Source: Vicinamibacteria bacterium
GTDB taxonomy: Bacteria > Acidobacteriota > Vicinamibacteria > Fen-336
Reading direction: 5' to 3'
Assembly: GCA_039812725.1 (NCBI GenBank)
Contig: JBDIBD010000002.1
Span: 1 to 42,647 of the forward strand
DNA length: 42,647 nt
The position numbers were made by a program, and so were the translations under genes. Below the pieces are notes generated by a model. The model did no database searches, was not told the DNA's origin, and saw nothing but the letters and a program-made list of their open reading frames with translations. Each line of letters opens with the position of its first letter. Position 1 is the first letter of the stretch. Positions 16,126 through 24,052 of the stretch are shown one piece after another.

Positions 16126-17847
16126 GTGAGCCTGCGGATCCTGGCCGTGGATTTCGACGGAACGATCGCCGAGGACGACGCGCTCGACCGGGAGGCTGCG
16201 GAGGCCCTCCGGGAAGCCCGGGGCGCCGGGCTCCTGGTGGTCCTCGCGACCGGCCGCATCCTCGACGATCTCGACCCGTTGCTGCCGGCCACGCCCCTGT
16301 TCGACGCGGTCGTCGCCGAGAACGGAGCCGTGCTGCGCCTCGCCGGCCAGCCCGCGCCCACGGTCCTCGCCCGCCCCCCGCAGCCCGCGTTCCTCGAGAG
16401 CCTGAGGCGCAACGGGGTCCGGCATCGGAGCGGCCGCTGCGTGGTCGAGGCGGCGGCCGACTCGGCGCCGCGCGTCCTCGACGCGATCCGCGGCCTCGGC
16501 GCCCCGCTCGGGATCAGCTTCAATCGCGACCGGCTCATGGTGCTTCCGAGCGGCGTCACGAAGGGCAGCGGGCTTCAGGAGGCGCTGTGGCGGCTCTCGG
16601 TCTCGGGCCACAACGCCCTCGCGATCGGCGACGCCGAGAACGACCACGCGCTGCTCGAGGCCTGCGAGTTCGGGGCGGCCGTGTCGTCGGGCAGCGCCTC
16701 GCTGCGGGAGGCGGCGGAGATCGTGATCCCCGGGAACGGCCCGGGCGCGGTCGCCCGCTTCGTGCGCGGGCTCGTGCCGGCGCGGAGGATGCCGCTGGGT
16801 CTGGGCCGGCGGCGCTGGATCCGGCTCGGGACCCGCACGGACGGCGCACCGCTGGACCTCGCCCTGCGCGGACGCAACGTCCTGATCGGAGGCGACCCGC
16901 GCTCGGGGAAGTCCTGGATCACGGGGCTCATCTGCGAGGAGCTGATCCTCCAGCGGTACTCCGTGTGCATCCTGGACCCCGAGGGGGACTACGCCTGTCT
17001 CGAGGCCCTGCCCGGCGTGATCGTCCATCCGATCGCGAGCGAAGACGCTTCGCTCTCCGGCGTCGAGCGCATCCTCCGCCGCCCCCACCTCAGCCTGGTC
17101 GTGGACATGTCGGGCGCGGCGGGCGCGAGCAAGCCGGGCGTCGTGCGGCGCGTCCTGGGACTCGCCAACCGGCTCAGGCGCGAGACCGGGCTGCCTCACC
17201 GGATCGTGGTCGACGAGGCCCACTACTTCCTCGGGAGGCTGGAAGACCCCGAGCTGTTCGACCCGGAGCTCGGCGGCCACGTGCTCGTGACCTACCGGAT
17301 CGCCGACCTCTCGGCGGAGGTCCTGGGCGCCGCCGACGCCGTCGTCGTGACCAAGGTCGCGGACCAGCGCCAGGCGTTGGCCCTGCGCGCGCTGGCCCCG
17401 CCCGTCGGGACGACCTCCGAGTGGCTGGCCTCGCTCGCGAGCCTGGCCGTCGACGAGGCCATGCTCCTTCCGGGGGCCCAGGAATCCGGCGAGTGCCTGA
17501 CGAGGTTCCGGATCGCGGGGCGCAGGACGGACCACGTTCGGCACCGGCAGAAGTACCGCGACGTCCCCGTGCCGCCCGGGCGCGAGTTCGTCTTCACCCG
17601 TCAGGGACGGGAAATGGGACAGCGGGCGCGGACGCTCGCCGAACTGGCCGAGCTCCTGCCCGACCTGCCCGACGACGTGTTCGAGGGCCACCTGGACCGA
17701 GGCGACTTCCATCGCTGGGCGGAGCGTGTCCTGGGCGACGCGGAGCTGGGTGGAGCCCTCAGGAGCGCCGAAGGGCTCGAGGCACCCCGCGCGCGCGAGG
17801 CCATCGCGAAGGTGATCTCAGACCGCTACGGGAGCTCGTCGACCTGA
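16126..17847 (+). CDS. Fusion protein: HAD-IIB (Cof-type) phosphatase domain + HerA/DUF87-like P-loop ATPase domain + roughly 110-aa C-terminal domain of unknown family
   Basis: HAD motifs 'AVDFDGT', 'LATGR', 'VTKGSG' and 'IGDAENDHALL' are present. ATPase motifs are 'VLIGGDPRSGKSW' (Walker A), 'ILDPEGDY' (HerA-like) and 'IVVDEAHYF' (Walker B). The GTG start has GAGGAGG 5 nt upstream. Confidence 0.75.
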   Translation: MSLRILAVDFDGTIAEDDALDREAAEALREARGAGLLVVLATGRILDDLDPLLPATPLFDAVVAENGAVLRLAGQPAPTVLARPPQPAFLESLRRNGVRHRSGRCVVEAAADSAPRVLDAIRGLGAPLGISFNRDRLMVLPSGVTKGSGLQEALWRLSVSGHNALAIGDAENDHALLEACEFGAAVSSGSASLREAAEIVIPGNGPGAVARFVRGLVPARRMPLGLGRRRWIRLGTRTDGAPLDLALRGRNVLIGGDPRSGKSWITGLICEELILQRYSVCILDPEGDYACLEALPGVIVHPIASEDASLSGVERILRRPHLSLVVDMSGAAGASKPGVVRRVLGLANRLRRETGLPHRIVVDEAHYFLGRLEDPELFDPELGGHVLVTYRIADLSAEVLGAADAVVVTKVADQRQALALRALAPPVGTTSEWLASLASLAVDEAMLLPGAQESGECLTRFRIAGRRTDHVRHRQKYRDVPVPPGREFVFTRQGREMGQRARTLAELAELLPDLPDDVFEGHLDRGDFHRWAERVLGDAELGGALRSAEGLEAPRAREAIAKVISDRYGSSST

Positions 17848-17910
17848 GCCCCGCGGGGCGGGCGGACCGCAACGGCACCGGGGAGCGCGCGGCCGCGCGT
17901 CGTCGAGGGC

Positions 17911-17985
17911 TGGTGGGCGCTGCAGGATTCGAACCTGCGACTTCCACCGTGTGAAGGTGGCACTCTACCGCTGAGTTAAGCGCCC
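17911..17985 (-). tRNA. tRNA-Val(CAC): tRNA-Val (anticodon CAC), CCA encoded
   Basis: Reverse complement is GGGCGCTTAACTCAGCGGTAGAGTGCCACCTTCACACGGTGGAAGTCGCAGGTTCGAATCCTGCAGCGCCCACCA. It has a 7-bp acceptor stem, anticodon stem CCACC/GGTGG, loop TTCACAC and T-loop GGTTCGAATCC. Confidence 0.92.
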
Positions 17986-18001
17986 GAGCGGCGGGAACGG
18001 A

Positions 18002-18047
18002 AGAATAGCGGCAGGGCGGGCTGGCCGTCAAGCCAGCCGGCCCTGCC
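18002..18047 (-). terminator. 16-bp GC hairpin (1 mismatch) downstream of the DsbA-like gene; its loop (TTGACG) plus TATTCT 18 nt downstream form a candidate tRNA-Val promoter
   Basis: Arms 18010..18025 and 18032..18047 flank loop 18026..18031. Minus strand reads ...GGCTTGACGGCC...GCCGC-TATTCT-TCCG..., with the -10 about 16 nt upstream of the mature tRNA 5' end. Confidence 0.5.
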
Positions 18048-18057
18048 GCGCGCGGCG

Positions 18058-19143
18058 CTACTTCGTGGCCTCGGCGGCCGGCTTGGGCTCGGCCGGGACC
18101 GGCAGGCCCTTGCGCTGCAGCTCGTCGTCGATCAGGCGCGAGAAGGCGTCGAAGGGCTGGGCGCCGTTGACGAAGCGGCCGTTGACGAAGAAGGCCGGGG
18201 TGCCGGTCACGCCGGCCGCCGTGCCCTCCTCCATGTCCTTGCGCCAGGTCTCGGCGTGGCGGCCCGAGTCGAGGCACTCGTCGAACTTCTCGGACTGCAG
18301 GCCGGCCTCGCCGGCCATGCGCTTGAGGGCCTCCACCGCCAGTCCGCCCTGGTTGGCGAACATCTTGTCGTGCAGCTCCCAGAACTTGCCCTGCTCGTTG
18401 GCGCAGGCGCCGGCCTCGGCGGCCTTGGGGGCGTTGGGGTGGATGTTGAGCGGGAAGTTGCGGAAGACCACCCGCACCTGGCCCTTGTAGCGCTCCTCGA
18501 CCTGCTTCACCGTGTCGAGCACGCGCGAGCAGAAGGGGCACTGGAAGTCGGAGAACTCCACGATCGTGACCGGGGCGTCGGCCGGGCCCTTGGCCGGACC
18601 GGTGGCGGCCACCTCCTTGCGCGGCGGGTCGAGCAGGACCTGCACCTTGGACGCGGCGCGCAGCTCGCGCAGCAGCGCGTTGCGGCGCTCGTCGCTGCGG
18701 CCGCGGCGCAGGTAGTCCTCGATCTGCGGCATGACCTCGGCCTCGGTGCGGTTGCCGATGCGGGCCTTGTTGGCCTCGAAGAAGGCCTTCTTCTCCTCCT
18801 CGGTGACCGGCTGGACCTTGGAGTCGATCTCCGCCCGCAGGTACTCGCTGGTGCTCAGGCTGCGGCCGGCGGCCGCGCGCGCGATCAGCTGGTCGTCGAT
18901 CAGCGCCTGCAGCGTGCGCTCGCGCACCTCGTACTCGCGGGCCCGGATCTGGGCCAGCTCGCCCGCCGCGCGCTCCTCGACCTGCTTCTCGGTGATGGCC
19001 ACTCCGTCGACCAGCGCCAGGGCGCCGGCCGGCGCCTGGGGCGCAGCGGGCTTCTTCTTGTCCGCGGCGGGCGGGGCGGCCAGCGCCGGGAGGGACACGG
19101 CCAGCGCACCGAAGACCAGGGCGCGCGCAAGCATCTGCTTCAT
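18058..19143 (-). CDS. Periplasmic DsbA-family thiol:disulfide oxidoreductase with N-terminal SurA-N-like chaperone domain
   Basis: Signal peptide is 'MKQMLARALVFGALAVSLPALAAP'. Thioredoxin fold 'VEFSDFQCPFCSRV...GVTGTPAFFVNG' is present. Confidence 0.82.
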   Translation of the reverse strand: MKQMLARALVFGALAVSLPALAAPPAADKKKPAAPQAPAGALALVDGVAITEKQVEERAAGELAQIRAREYEVRERTLQALIDDQLIARAAAGRSLSTSEYLRAEIDSKVQPVTEEEKKAFFEANKARIGNRTEAEVMPQIEDYLRRGRSDERRNALLRELRAASKVQVLLDPPRKEVAATGPAKGPADAPVTIVEFSDFQCPFCSRVLDTVKQVEERYKGQVRVVFRNFPLNIHPNAPKAAEAGACANEQGKFWELHDKMFANQGGLAVEALKRMAGEAGLQSEKFDECLDSGRHAETWRKDMEEGTAAGVTGTPAFFVNGRFVNGAQPFDAFSRLIDDELQRKGLPVPAEPKPAAEATK

Positions 19144-19186
19144 GAGGGCTCGTTCTCCTTTTCCCACGGGAAGCCCGAAGGATACT

Positions 19187-20653
19187 TCAGTTCCGGGCGG
19201 GCCGGAGCGCGGCCCGGCGGATGCCCTCCAGCATCTCCCGGAAGACCAGGCCGTGCAGCGGCAGCACGGCGTACCAGTAGGCCAGCCCGGCCAGGCCGCG
19301 GGGCAGGAAGCGCGCGGTCTGGACCAGGCGCGTGCGGGCGGGCGGGTCGGCCAGCGGCTCGAGCTCGAACTCCAGCAGGGCCTCGCCCGGCAGCTTCATC
19401 TCGGCCCGCAGCGCGAGCCGGCGGTCGCGCTCGAGGCCCGTCACGCGCCAGAAGTCGAGGGCCTCGCCGAACGAGACGTTCTCGGGGTCGCGCCGGCCGC
19501 GCCGCAGGCCCGGGCCGCCCACCAGCCGGTCGAGGGCGCCCCGCAGCCGCCACAGCCCGTCGGCCGCGTACCAGCCGTGGCCGCCGCCGATGCGGCAGAC
19601 GGCCCGGAAGACCTGCGCGGGGGTGGCCTCGCAGAGCGCCTCGCGGCGGTCGACGAAGCAGGTGCCGCCGGCCCAGTCCGGGTCGCCCGGGATCGGGCCG
19701 GCCCCGGACCAGATGGTCTCGACCCGCTCGTGGGCCACCGCGTCGAGGGCGGCCCGGATGGCCTCGCGGGCCGTCAGCAGCGGCTGCGGCGCCAGGCGCT
19801 GGGCGGCGTCGTCGCGGCAGACCACGCGGTTGCGCAGCCCCTCGGCCAGCGGCCGGGCGATCTGGCGGCCGAGGGGCGTGACCAGGTGGATCCAGAGCGA
19901 GCTGAGGCGCGGCGTCAGCACCGGCACCGGCAGGATCAGCCGGCGGCGCAGGCCGCGCTCGCGGGCCATGGTGTGCATCAGCTCGCGGTACGTGAGCACG
20001 TCGGCGCCGCCGATGTCGAGCGTGCGGCCGGCCGTCTCCGGGACGCGCAGGCAGTCCACCAGGTAGCCCAGCACGTTGCGGATGGCGATGGGCTGGCACT
20101 CGGTCGAGACCCAGCGCGGCGTGACCATCACCGGCAGGCGCTCGACCAGGTAGCGCAGGATCTCGAACGAGGCCGAGCCCGAGCCGATGATCATGGCCGC
20201 CCGCAGGACCGTCACGGGCGTGGGGCCCGAGGCCAGCACCCGCTCGACCTCGCGGCGCGAGGCCAGGTGCTCCGAGAGCCCGTCGCCCAGCTCCCCCAGG
20301 CCGCCCAGGTAGACGATGCGCGGCAGGCCGGCGCTGGCCGCCGCCGTGGCGAAACGGCTGGCCAGGCGCCGGTCCTCGTCGGCGTACTCCTGCCCGGCCG
20401 AGACCATCGAGTGCACCAGGTAGTACGCCGCCTGGCAGCCGCGCAGGGCCTCGGTCAGGCCGGCCTCGTCCTCCAGCGTCCCGCGCCGCAGCTCCACGCG
20501 CGGGTCGCCGCTCCAGGGCCGGTCGCGCAGCTTCTCGGGCGCGCGCGCCAGGCAACGCACGGCGTAGCCCGCCTCCAGCAGGCGCGGCACCAGGCGCCCG
20601 CCCACGTAGCCGGTGGCGCCCGTCACCAGGACGACCGGCAGGCCGTCGGCCAT
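19187..20653 (-). CDS. NAD(P)-binding SDR/NmrA-like protein fused to a DUF2867-like C-terminal domain
   Basis: Rossmann motif 'VLVTGATGYVGGRLVPRLL' is present. The C-terminal half 'FRAVCRIGGGHGWYAADGLWRLRGALDRLVGGPGLRRGRR...FWRV' resembles DUF2867 fusions. Its ATG shares 1 nt with the receptor TGA. Confidence 0.7.
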   Translation of the reverse strand: MADGLPVVLVTGATGYVGGRLVPRLLEAGYAVRCLARAPEKLRDRPWSGDPRVELRRGTLEDEAGLTEALRGCQAAYYLVHSMVSAGQEYADEDRRLASRFATAAASAGLPRIVYLGGLGELGDGLSEHLASRREVERVLASGPTPVTVLRAAMIIGSGSASFEILRYLVERLPVMVTPRWVSTECQPIAIRNVLGYLVDCLRVPETAGRTLDIGGADVLTYRELMHTMARERGLRRRLILPVPVLTPRLSSLWIHLVTPLGRQIARPLAEGLRNRVVCRDDAAQRLAPQPLLTAREAIRAALDAVAHERVETIWSGAGPIPGDPDWAGGTCFVDRREALCEATPAQVFRAVCRIGGGHGWYAADGLWRLRGALDRLVGGPGLRRGRRDPENVSFGEALDFWRVTGLERDRRLALRAEMKLPGEALLEFELEPLADPPARTRLVQTARFLPRGLAGLAYWYAVLPLHGLVFREMLEGIRRAALRPARN

Positions 20654-23139
20654 CAGAAACGGAAGCGCACGCCCAGGCTGGGCAGGAACGGCAGGCCGCC
20701 GGCGGGCTCCTCGACCACGCGCGGGCGGTCCGAGGCCGGGTCGTAGGCCAGCTTCGTGTCGTACGTGCCGGCGTTGTCGCGGTTCGTGGCGTTGATGACG
20801 TCGAGGTAGATCGACCAGCGCCCGGCCGGGCCGCGCGGCCGGAAGGTCAGGCGCAGGTCCAGCCGCATCGTCGTCGGCAGGCGCGTGGTGTTCAGGTTGT
20901 CGGCCCCGCCGCGGTCGGCCAGGTAGACCAGCAGCCCCGAGGAGTCGCGCTCGGGGACGCGCTCCTCGACGTTGGCGTCGCGGTCGCCGTCCTGCGCGTC
21001 GGCCACGTCGGAGACGCGCACGCGCGCCACGGGCGTGTACGGGAAGCCGCTGCCGTAGCGGGCGGTGGCCGCCAGCTCGAGCTTGCGCGAGGCCTGCCAG
21101 ACGCCCACCACGCTCAGCGCGTGGCGGCGGTCGTAGTCGAAGGGCAGCGTGCGGCCGTACAGCTCGCGCTCGGCCTTCCCCAGGGTGTACGAGACCCAGC
21201 CCGACAGGCGCCGGCCGCTGGCCGGCGGGCGGGCCAGGTAGACGTCGAGACCGTAGGCCTGGCCGCGCCCGTCGCTGACCGGGAAGCTCGTGACGCGCGC
21301 CTCGGTGGGCAGCTCGTCCTGCAGCTCGGCCGGGAAGTCGTAGGTGGCCAGCCGCGCCAGGCGCTCGGCCTCCGTCTCGAGTCGGCCCACGGTCAGGTCG
21401 TCGAAGCTCTTGTAGTAGGCCTCGGCGCGCGCGAACAGCCCGCCCGGCAGGTCGCGCTCGAGCCCCATCAGCGCCTGCCACGAGCGGGCCGGGGCCAGGT
21501 CCAGGCGGCCCGGAGACGAGAGGTCCACGAAGTAGTCCGACTGGATCAGCTTCTCGTAGCCCGGGCTCTGGGTGTAGAGCCCGCCGGCCAGGCGCAGGCG
21601 CGTGTCGTCGCGCAGCGCCAGGCTGGCCACCAGCCGCGGCGAGAGCACCGTGCGGCCGTTGACGCCGCTCCAGTCGAGGCGCAGGCCCGGCTCGAGGCCC
21701 AGGCGTCCCACCTGCCGCCGCAGCTGCAGCCAGGCCCCGGCGCGCGCGTCGTCGCGCGACGAGTCGAGGTCGTCGGGCAGGCCCGAGCCGCCGCGCACGC
21801 TGGAGCCGTTGGCGGCCGAGCTGTTGCGGTCGCCGGCGATCAGCCAGCGCACGCGCGTCTGCAGGCCGTGCAGCTCGGCCCCCGCGTCGAGGGTGGTGCC
21901 GCGCCCCAGGCTCCAGAACAGCTCCTGGCGCAGGGCCAGGTCCGTGACCTCCAGCTCGCGGGTGAAGTCCACCGCGGCCTGCGAGAAGCCGTCGTCCTGG
22001 CCCGGGGCGTTGGAGCGCCGGGTCTCGTCGCGCAGGGAGGCCACCACGTCCAGCCCCTCCGTGTTGCGGTAGGCCGAGAGCAGCGTGCGGGCCGTGCCGC
22101 GCTGCCCCAGCGGCGCGCGCCACGAGAGCGAGACCAGCTCGTTGCGCGCCGAGGTCACGAAGTCGCCCTGGTCGGTCGGGCGGTCGCCCTCGAAAGTCGC
22201 GTCGGTGCTCTCGCGGCCGGCCAGGGCGAAGAGCGACAGCGTGTGACCCGGAGCGGGCTCGTAGGACAGCCGGGCCTGCGCGTCGGAGAAGCCGGGCAGG
22301 TCGTCCTCGGTGAAGGCGCTGGCCACCACGTCGTAGTAGGTGCGGCGGCCCGTCACCAGCCACGAGCCCGGCTTCCGGCCGGGCAGGCGGCCCTCGAGCA
22401 CCAGGTTCGTGTCGGTCAGGCTCAGCGCGGCCGACCCGCCGGCCCTGCGGCTGGCGTCGCCGTCGCGGTTCTCGACCACCAGGAGCGACGAGAGCCGGTC
22501 GCCGTAGCGGGCGCTAAAGGCCCCGGCGGTCAGCTCGAAGCGCTCGATCGTGTCGGGGTTGAAGGCGCTCACCAGGCCGAACAGCCGGTAGGGGTTGTAG
22601 ATCTCGACCCCGTCGAGCACCGTCAGGTTCTGGTCGGGCTCGCCGCCGCGCACCGAGAGGCGGCCGCTGAACTCCTCGGGCGCGGTCACTCCCGGCAGCG
22701 TCTGCAGCACGCGGAAGACGTTCTCGCCCGCGCCGGCGGCGGTCACCACCTCGACCGGCCGCAGCGGCACCAGGGCCGGCTGCTCCGGGGCGGAGGCCGT
22801 CGCGCTGACCTCGACCGATTCCTCGAAGCGCCTCTCGCGCACCAGCGAGACCTGCAGCAGGCCGCGCGCCGGGGCCTGAAGCTCGACCGCCAGGTGCTCC
22901 GGGGCGCTGACCTGCACCCGCGCGCCGGCCCCGGGCAGGACCACGCTGCCGCAACCCTCGGGCCCCAGCTCCTGGGCGCCGCCCTCCCAGGCCACGGTCA
23001 CGCCGGCCACCGGGGCGCCGCCGACCTGCTCCACCACGCACAGGCGCAGCCCGCCCGCCGGCTCGCCCGGCGCGGCCTCCCCGGCCGCACCGCCCGCCAA
23101 CGCCATCCCGACCACGGCCATCCGGCTCCAGGCCCGCAC
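20653..23139 (-). CDS. TonB-dependent receptor with N-terminal carboxypeptidase-regulatory-like domain
   Basis: Plug region 'VLQTLPGVT...RLSVRGGEPDQNLTVLDGVEIYNP' is present, followed by a long beta-barrel with C-terminal 'LGVRFRF'. The GTG at 23139 has GGAGG 5 nt upstream. An alternative ATG is at 23121. Confidence 0.85.
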   Translation of the reverse strand: MRAWSRMAVVGMALAGGAAGEAAPGEPAGGLRLCVVEQVGGAPVAGVTVAWEGGAQELGPEGCGSVVLPGAGARVQVSAPEHLAVELQAPARGLLQVSLVRERRFEESVEVSATASAPEQPALVPLRPVEVVTAAGAGENVFRVLQTLPGVTAPEEFSGRLSVRGGEPDQNLTVLDGVEIYNPYRLFGLVSAFNPDTIERFELTAGAFSARYGDRLSSLLVVENRDGDASRRAGGSAALSLTDTNLVLEGRLPGRKPGSWLVTGRRTYYDVVASAFTEDDLPGFSDAQARLSYEPAPGHTLSLFALAGRESTDATFEGDRPTDQGDFVTSARNELVSLSWRAPLGQRGTARTLLSAYRNTEGLDVVASLRDETRRSNAPGQDDGFSQAAVDFTRELEVTDLALRQELFWSLGRGTTLDAGAELHGLQTRVRWLIAGDRNSSAANGSSVRGGSGLPDDLDSSRDDARAGAWLQLRRQVGRLGLEPGLRLDWSGVNGRTVLSPRLVASLALRDDTRLRLAGGLYTQSPGYEKLIQSDYFVDLSSPGRLDLAPARSWQALMGLERDLPGGLFARAEAYYKSFDDLTVGRLETEAERLARLATYDFPAELQDELPTEARVTSFPVSDGRGQAYGLDVYLARPPASGRRLSGWVSYTLGKAERELYGRTLPFDYDRRHALSVVGVWQASRKLELAATARYGSGFPYTPVARVRVSDVADAQDGDRDANVEERVPERDSSGLLVYLADRGGADNLNTTRLPTTMRLDLRLTFRPRGPAGRWSIYLDVINATNRDNAGTYDTKLAYDPASDRPRVVEEPAGGLPFLPSLGVRFRF

Positions 23140-23157
23140 TCTCACCTCCGGCCGGGG

Positions 23158-23185
23158 AGGATACCACAAGTGAGTAGGTTTTGAA
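23158..23185 (-). promoter_or_regulatory. AT-rich island with candidate promoter TTCAAA-16-TATCCT (preceded by TG-G) upstream of the TonB-dependent receptor
   Basis: Minus strand reads GATAGATATTCAAAACCTACTCACTTGTGGTATCCTCC. It is the only AT-rich patch for several kb, and its -35 abuts the TAG of the upstream PIN gene. Confidence 0.3.
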
Positions 23186-23188
23186 TAT

Positions 23189-23680
23189 CTATCGAGGGCG
23201 GCCCGCCGGACGGCGCGGACGGCGCGGCTCCGGAGACCGGAGGTAGTCGCGCAGCTGCAGGACCCGCAGCCCCGGCACGGAGGGGAGGTCCCGGTCGTTG
23301 GTGACGAAGGCGGAGCACCCCGCCGACAGCGCAGCCGCGAGCTGCAGCGCATCCGGGGTGCGCACCGAGGCGTGCAGCGCGCGCAGCTGGGCCGCGATCC
23401 GCAGCTGGGGCCGTCCGATCTCGACGAGTCGCAGGCCCCGGCTCCTCGAGAGACAGGCCTCGTAGCGCTCGGCCAGCGCGACGTTCCCGGCCCGGTAAGG
23501 GACCACCAGGACCTCGAGCAAGGTCAGGCTCGACGTGACGGCCTCGCGGCGGCCCGCCGCCACCTCGTCGAAGATCGGGGCCACCAGCGGCAGGAAGGTC
23601 TCGTGCTCCTCGATGTAGTAGATGAAGACTGCCGTGTCGAGGGCCGTGGGCCCCCGGCCCAGGTCCTCCCTCAGTCCCAT
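23189..23680 (-). CDS. vapC: PIN-domain toxin (VapC-like)
   Basis: 'ALDTAVFIYYIE...TSSLTLLEVLV...AFVTNDRDL' are PIN acidic motifs. It overlaps the antitoxin 3' end by 10 nt. Confidence 0.78.
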   Translation of the reverse strand: MGLREDLGRGPTALDTAVFIYYIEEHETFLPLVAPIFDEVAAGRREAVTSSLTLLEVLVVPYRAGNVALAERYEACLSRSRGLRLVEIGRPQLRIAAQLRALHASVRTPDALQLAAALSAGCSAFVTNDRDLPSVPGLRVLQLRDYLRSPEPRRPRRPAGRPR

Positions 23681-23901
23681 GCCCGGCGCTCGGCCTCGAC
23701 GTGGGCGGCGGCTTCGACCTGGCGCCAGGCCTCCTTGCCCAGGCCCCGCAGCTCGAGGATCGAGAGCGGCTCCTGGCGATCGACGGCCTCCTCCAGGATC
23801 ACGATGACCTCCTGGGCCACGGAGCGCCGGCGCTCGCGGGCGCGCTTCTGGAGCTTCCGGTAGAGCGCGTCCGACAGGTTCTTCACGTTCAGGGTCGCCA
23901 C
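23671..23901 (-). CDS. vapB: Arc/FitA-like ribbon-helix-helix antitoxin (VapB-like)
   Basis: 'ATLNVKNLSDALYRKLQKRARERRRSVAQEVIVILEEAV' is present. The GTG start has GGAGGAG just upstream. The rest of ORF 23671..24627 is read-through. Confidence 0.7.
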   Translation of the reverse strand: MATLNVKNLSDALYRKLQKRARERRRSVAQEVIVILEEAVDRQEPLSILELRGLGKEAWRQVEAAAHVEAERRAWD

Positions 23902-23922
23902 CCGCTCCTCCACTTTTCCTCC

Positions 23923-24031
23923 ATGTTGGAGCCAGGCGCCGGCCGCGTCAAGGGCGCCGCGGACGGCCGGGCGCCCGTTGGGCGGTCGCGGCCTCGTCCG
24001 TTTGACACCCGTGTCCGGCCAAAGCCATGAT
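23923..24031. promoter_or_regulatory. Back-to-back candidate promoters: TTGACG-17-CAACAT (minus, for vapB-3) and TTGACA-18-CATGAT (plus, for the REC-PATAN gene)
   Basis: The -35 boxes lie at 23946..23951 (minus) and 24002..24007 (plus). The -10 matches are weak. Confidence 0.3.
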
Positions 24032-24052
24032 CCGCCCCAACTTGCCCCGAGC

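Noticed and set aside
17862-17880. Shared 13-mer GGACCGCAACGGC, also at 35653..35665, both just downstream of a stop codon and a small GC hairpin.
   Set aside because: A rough base-composition estimate predicts on the order of a hundred chance 13-mer matches in a window this size and GC content. The flanks do not align.
13165-17985. Possible genomic island integrated at the 3' end of tRNA-Val (P-type ATPase + HAD::HerA genes lie downstream of the tRNA 3' end and are bounded by a MITE copy).
   Set aside because: I found no integrase or recombinase, no direct repeat of the tRNA 3' end, and no visible compositional shift.
23161-23195. Fur box upstream of the TonB-dependent receptor (GATAGATATTCAAAAC).
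   Set aside because: Only about half of the 19 positions match GATAATGATAATCATTATC in my best hand alignment, and there is no dyad symmetry.
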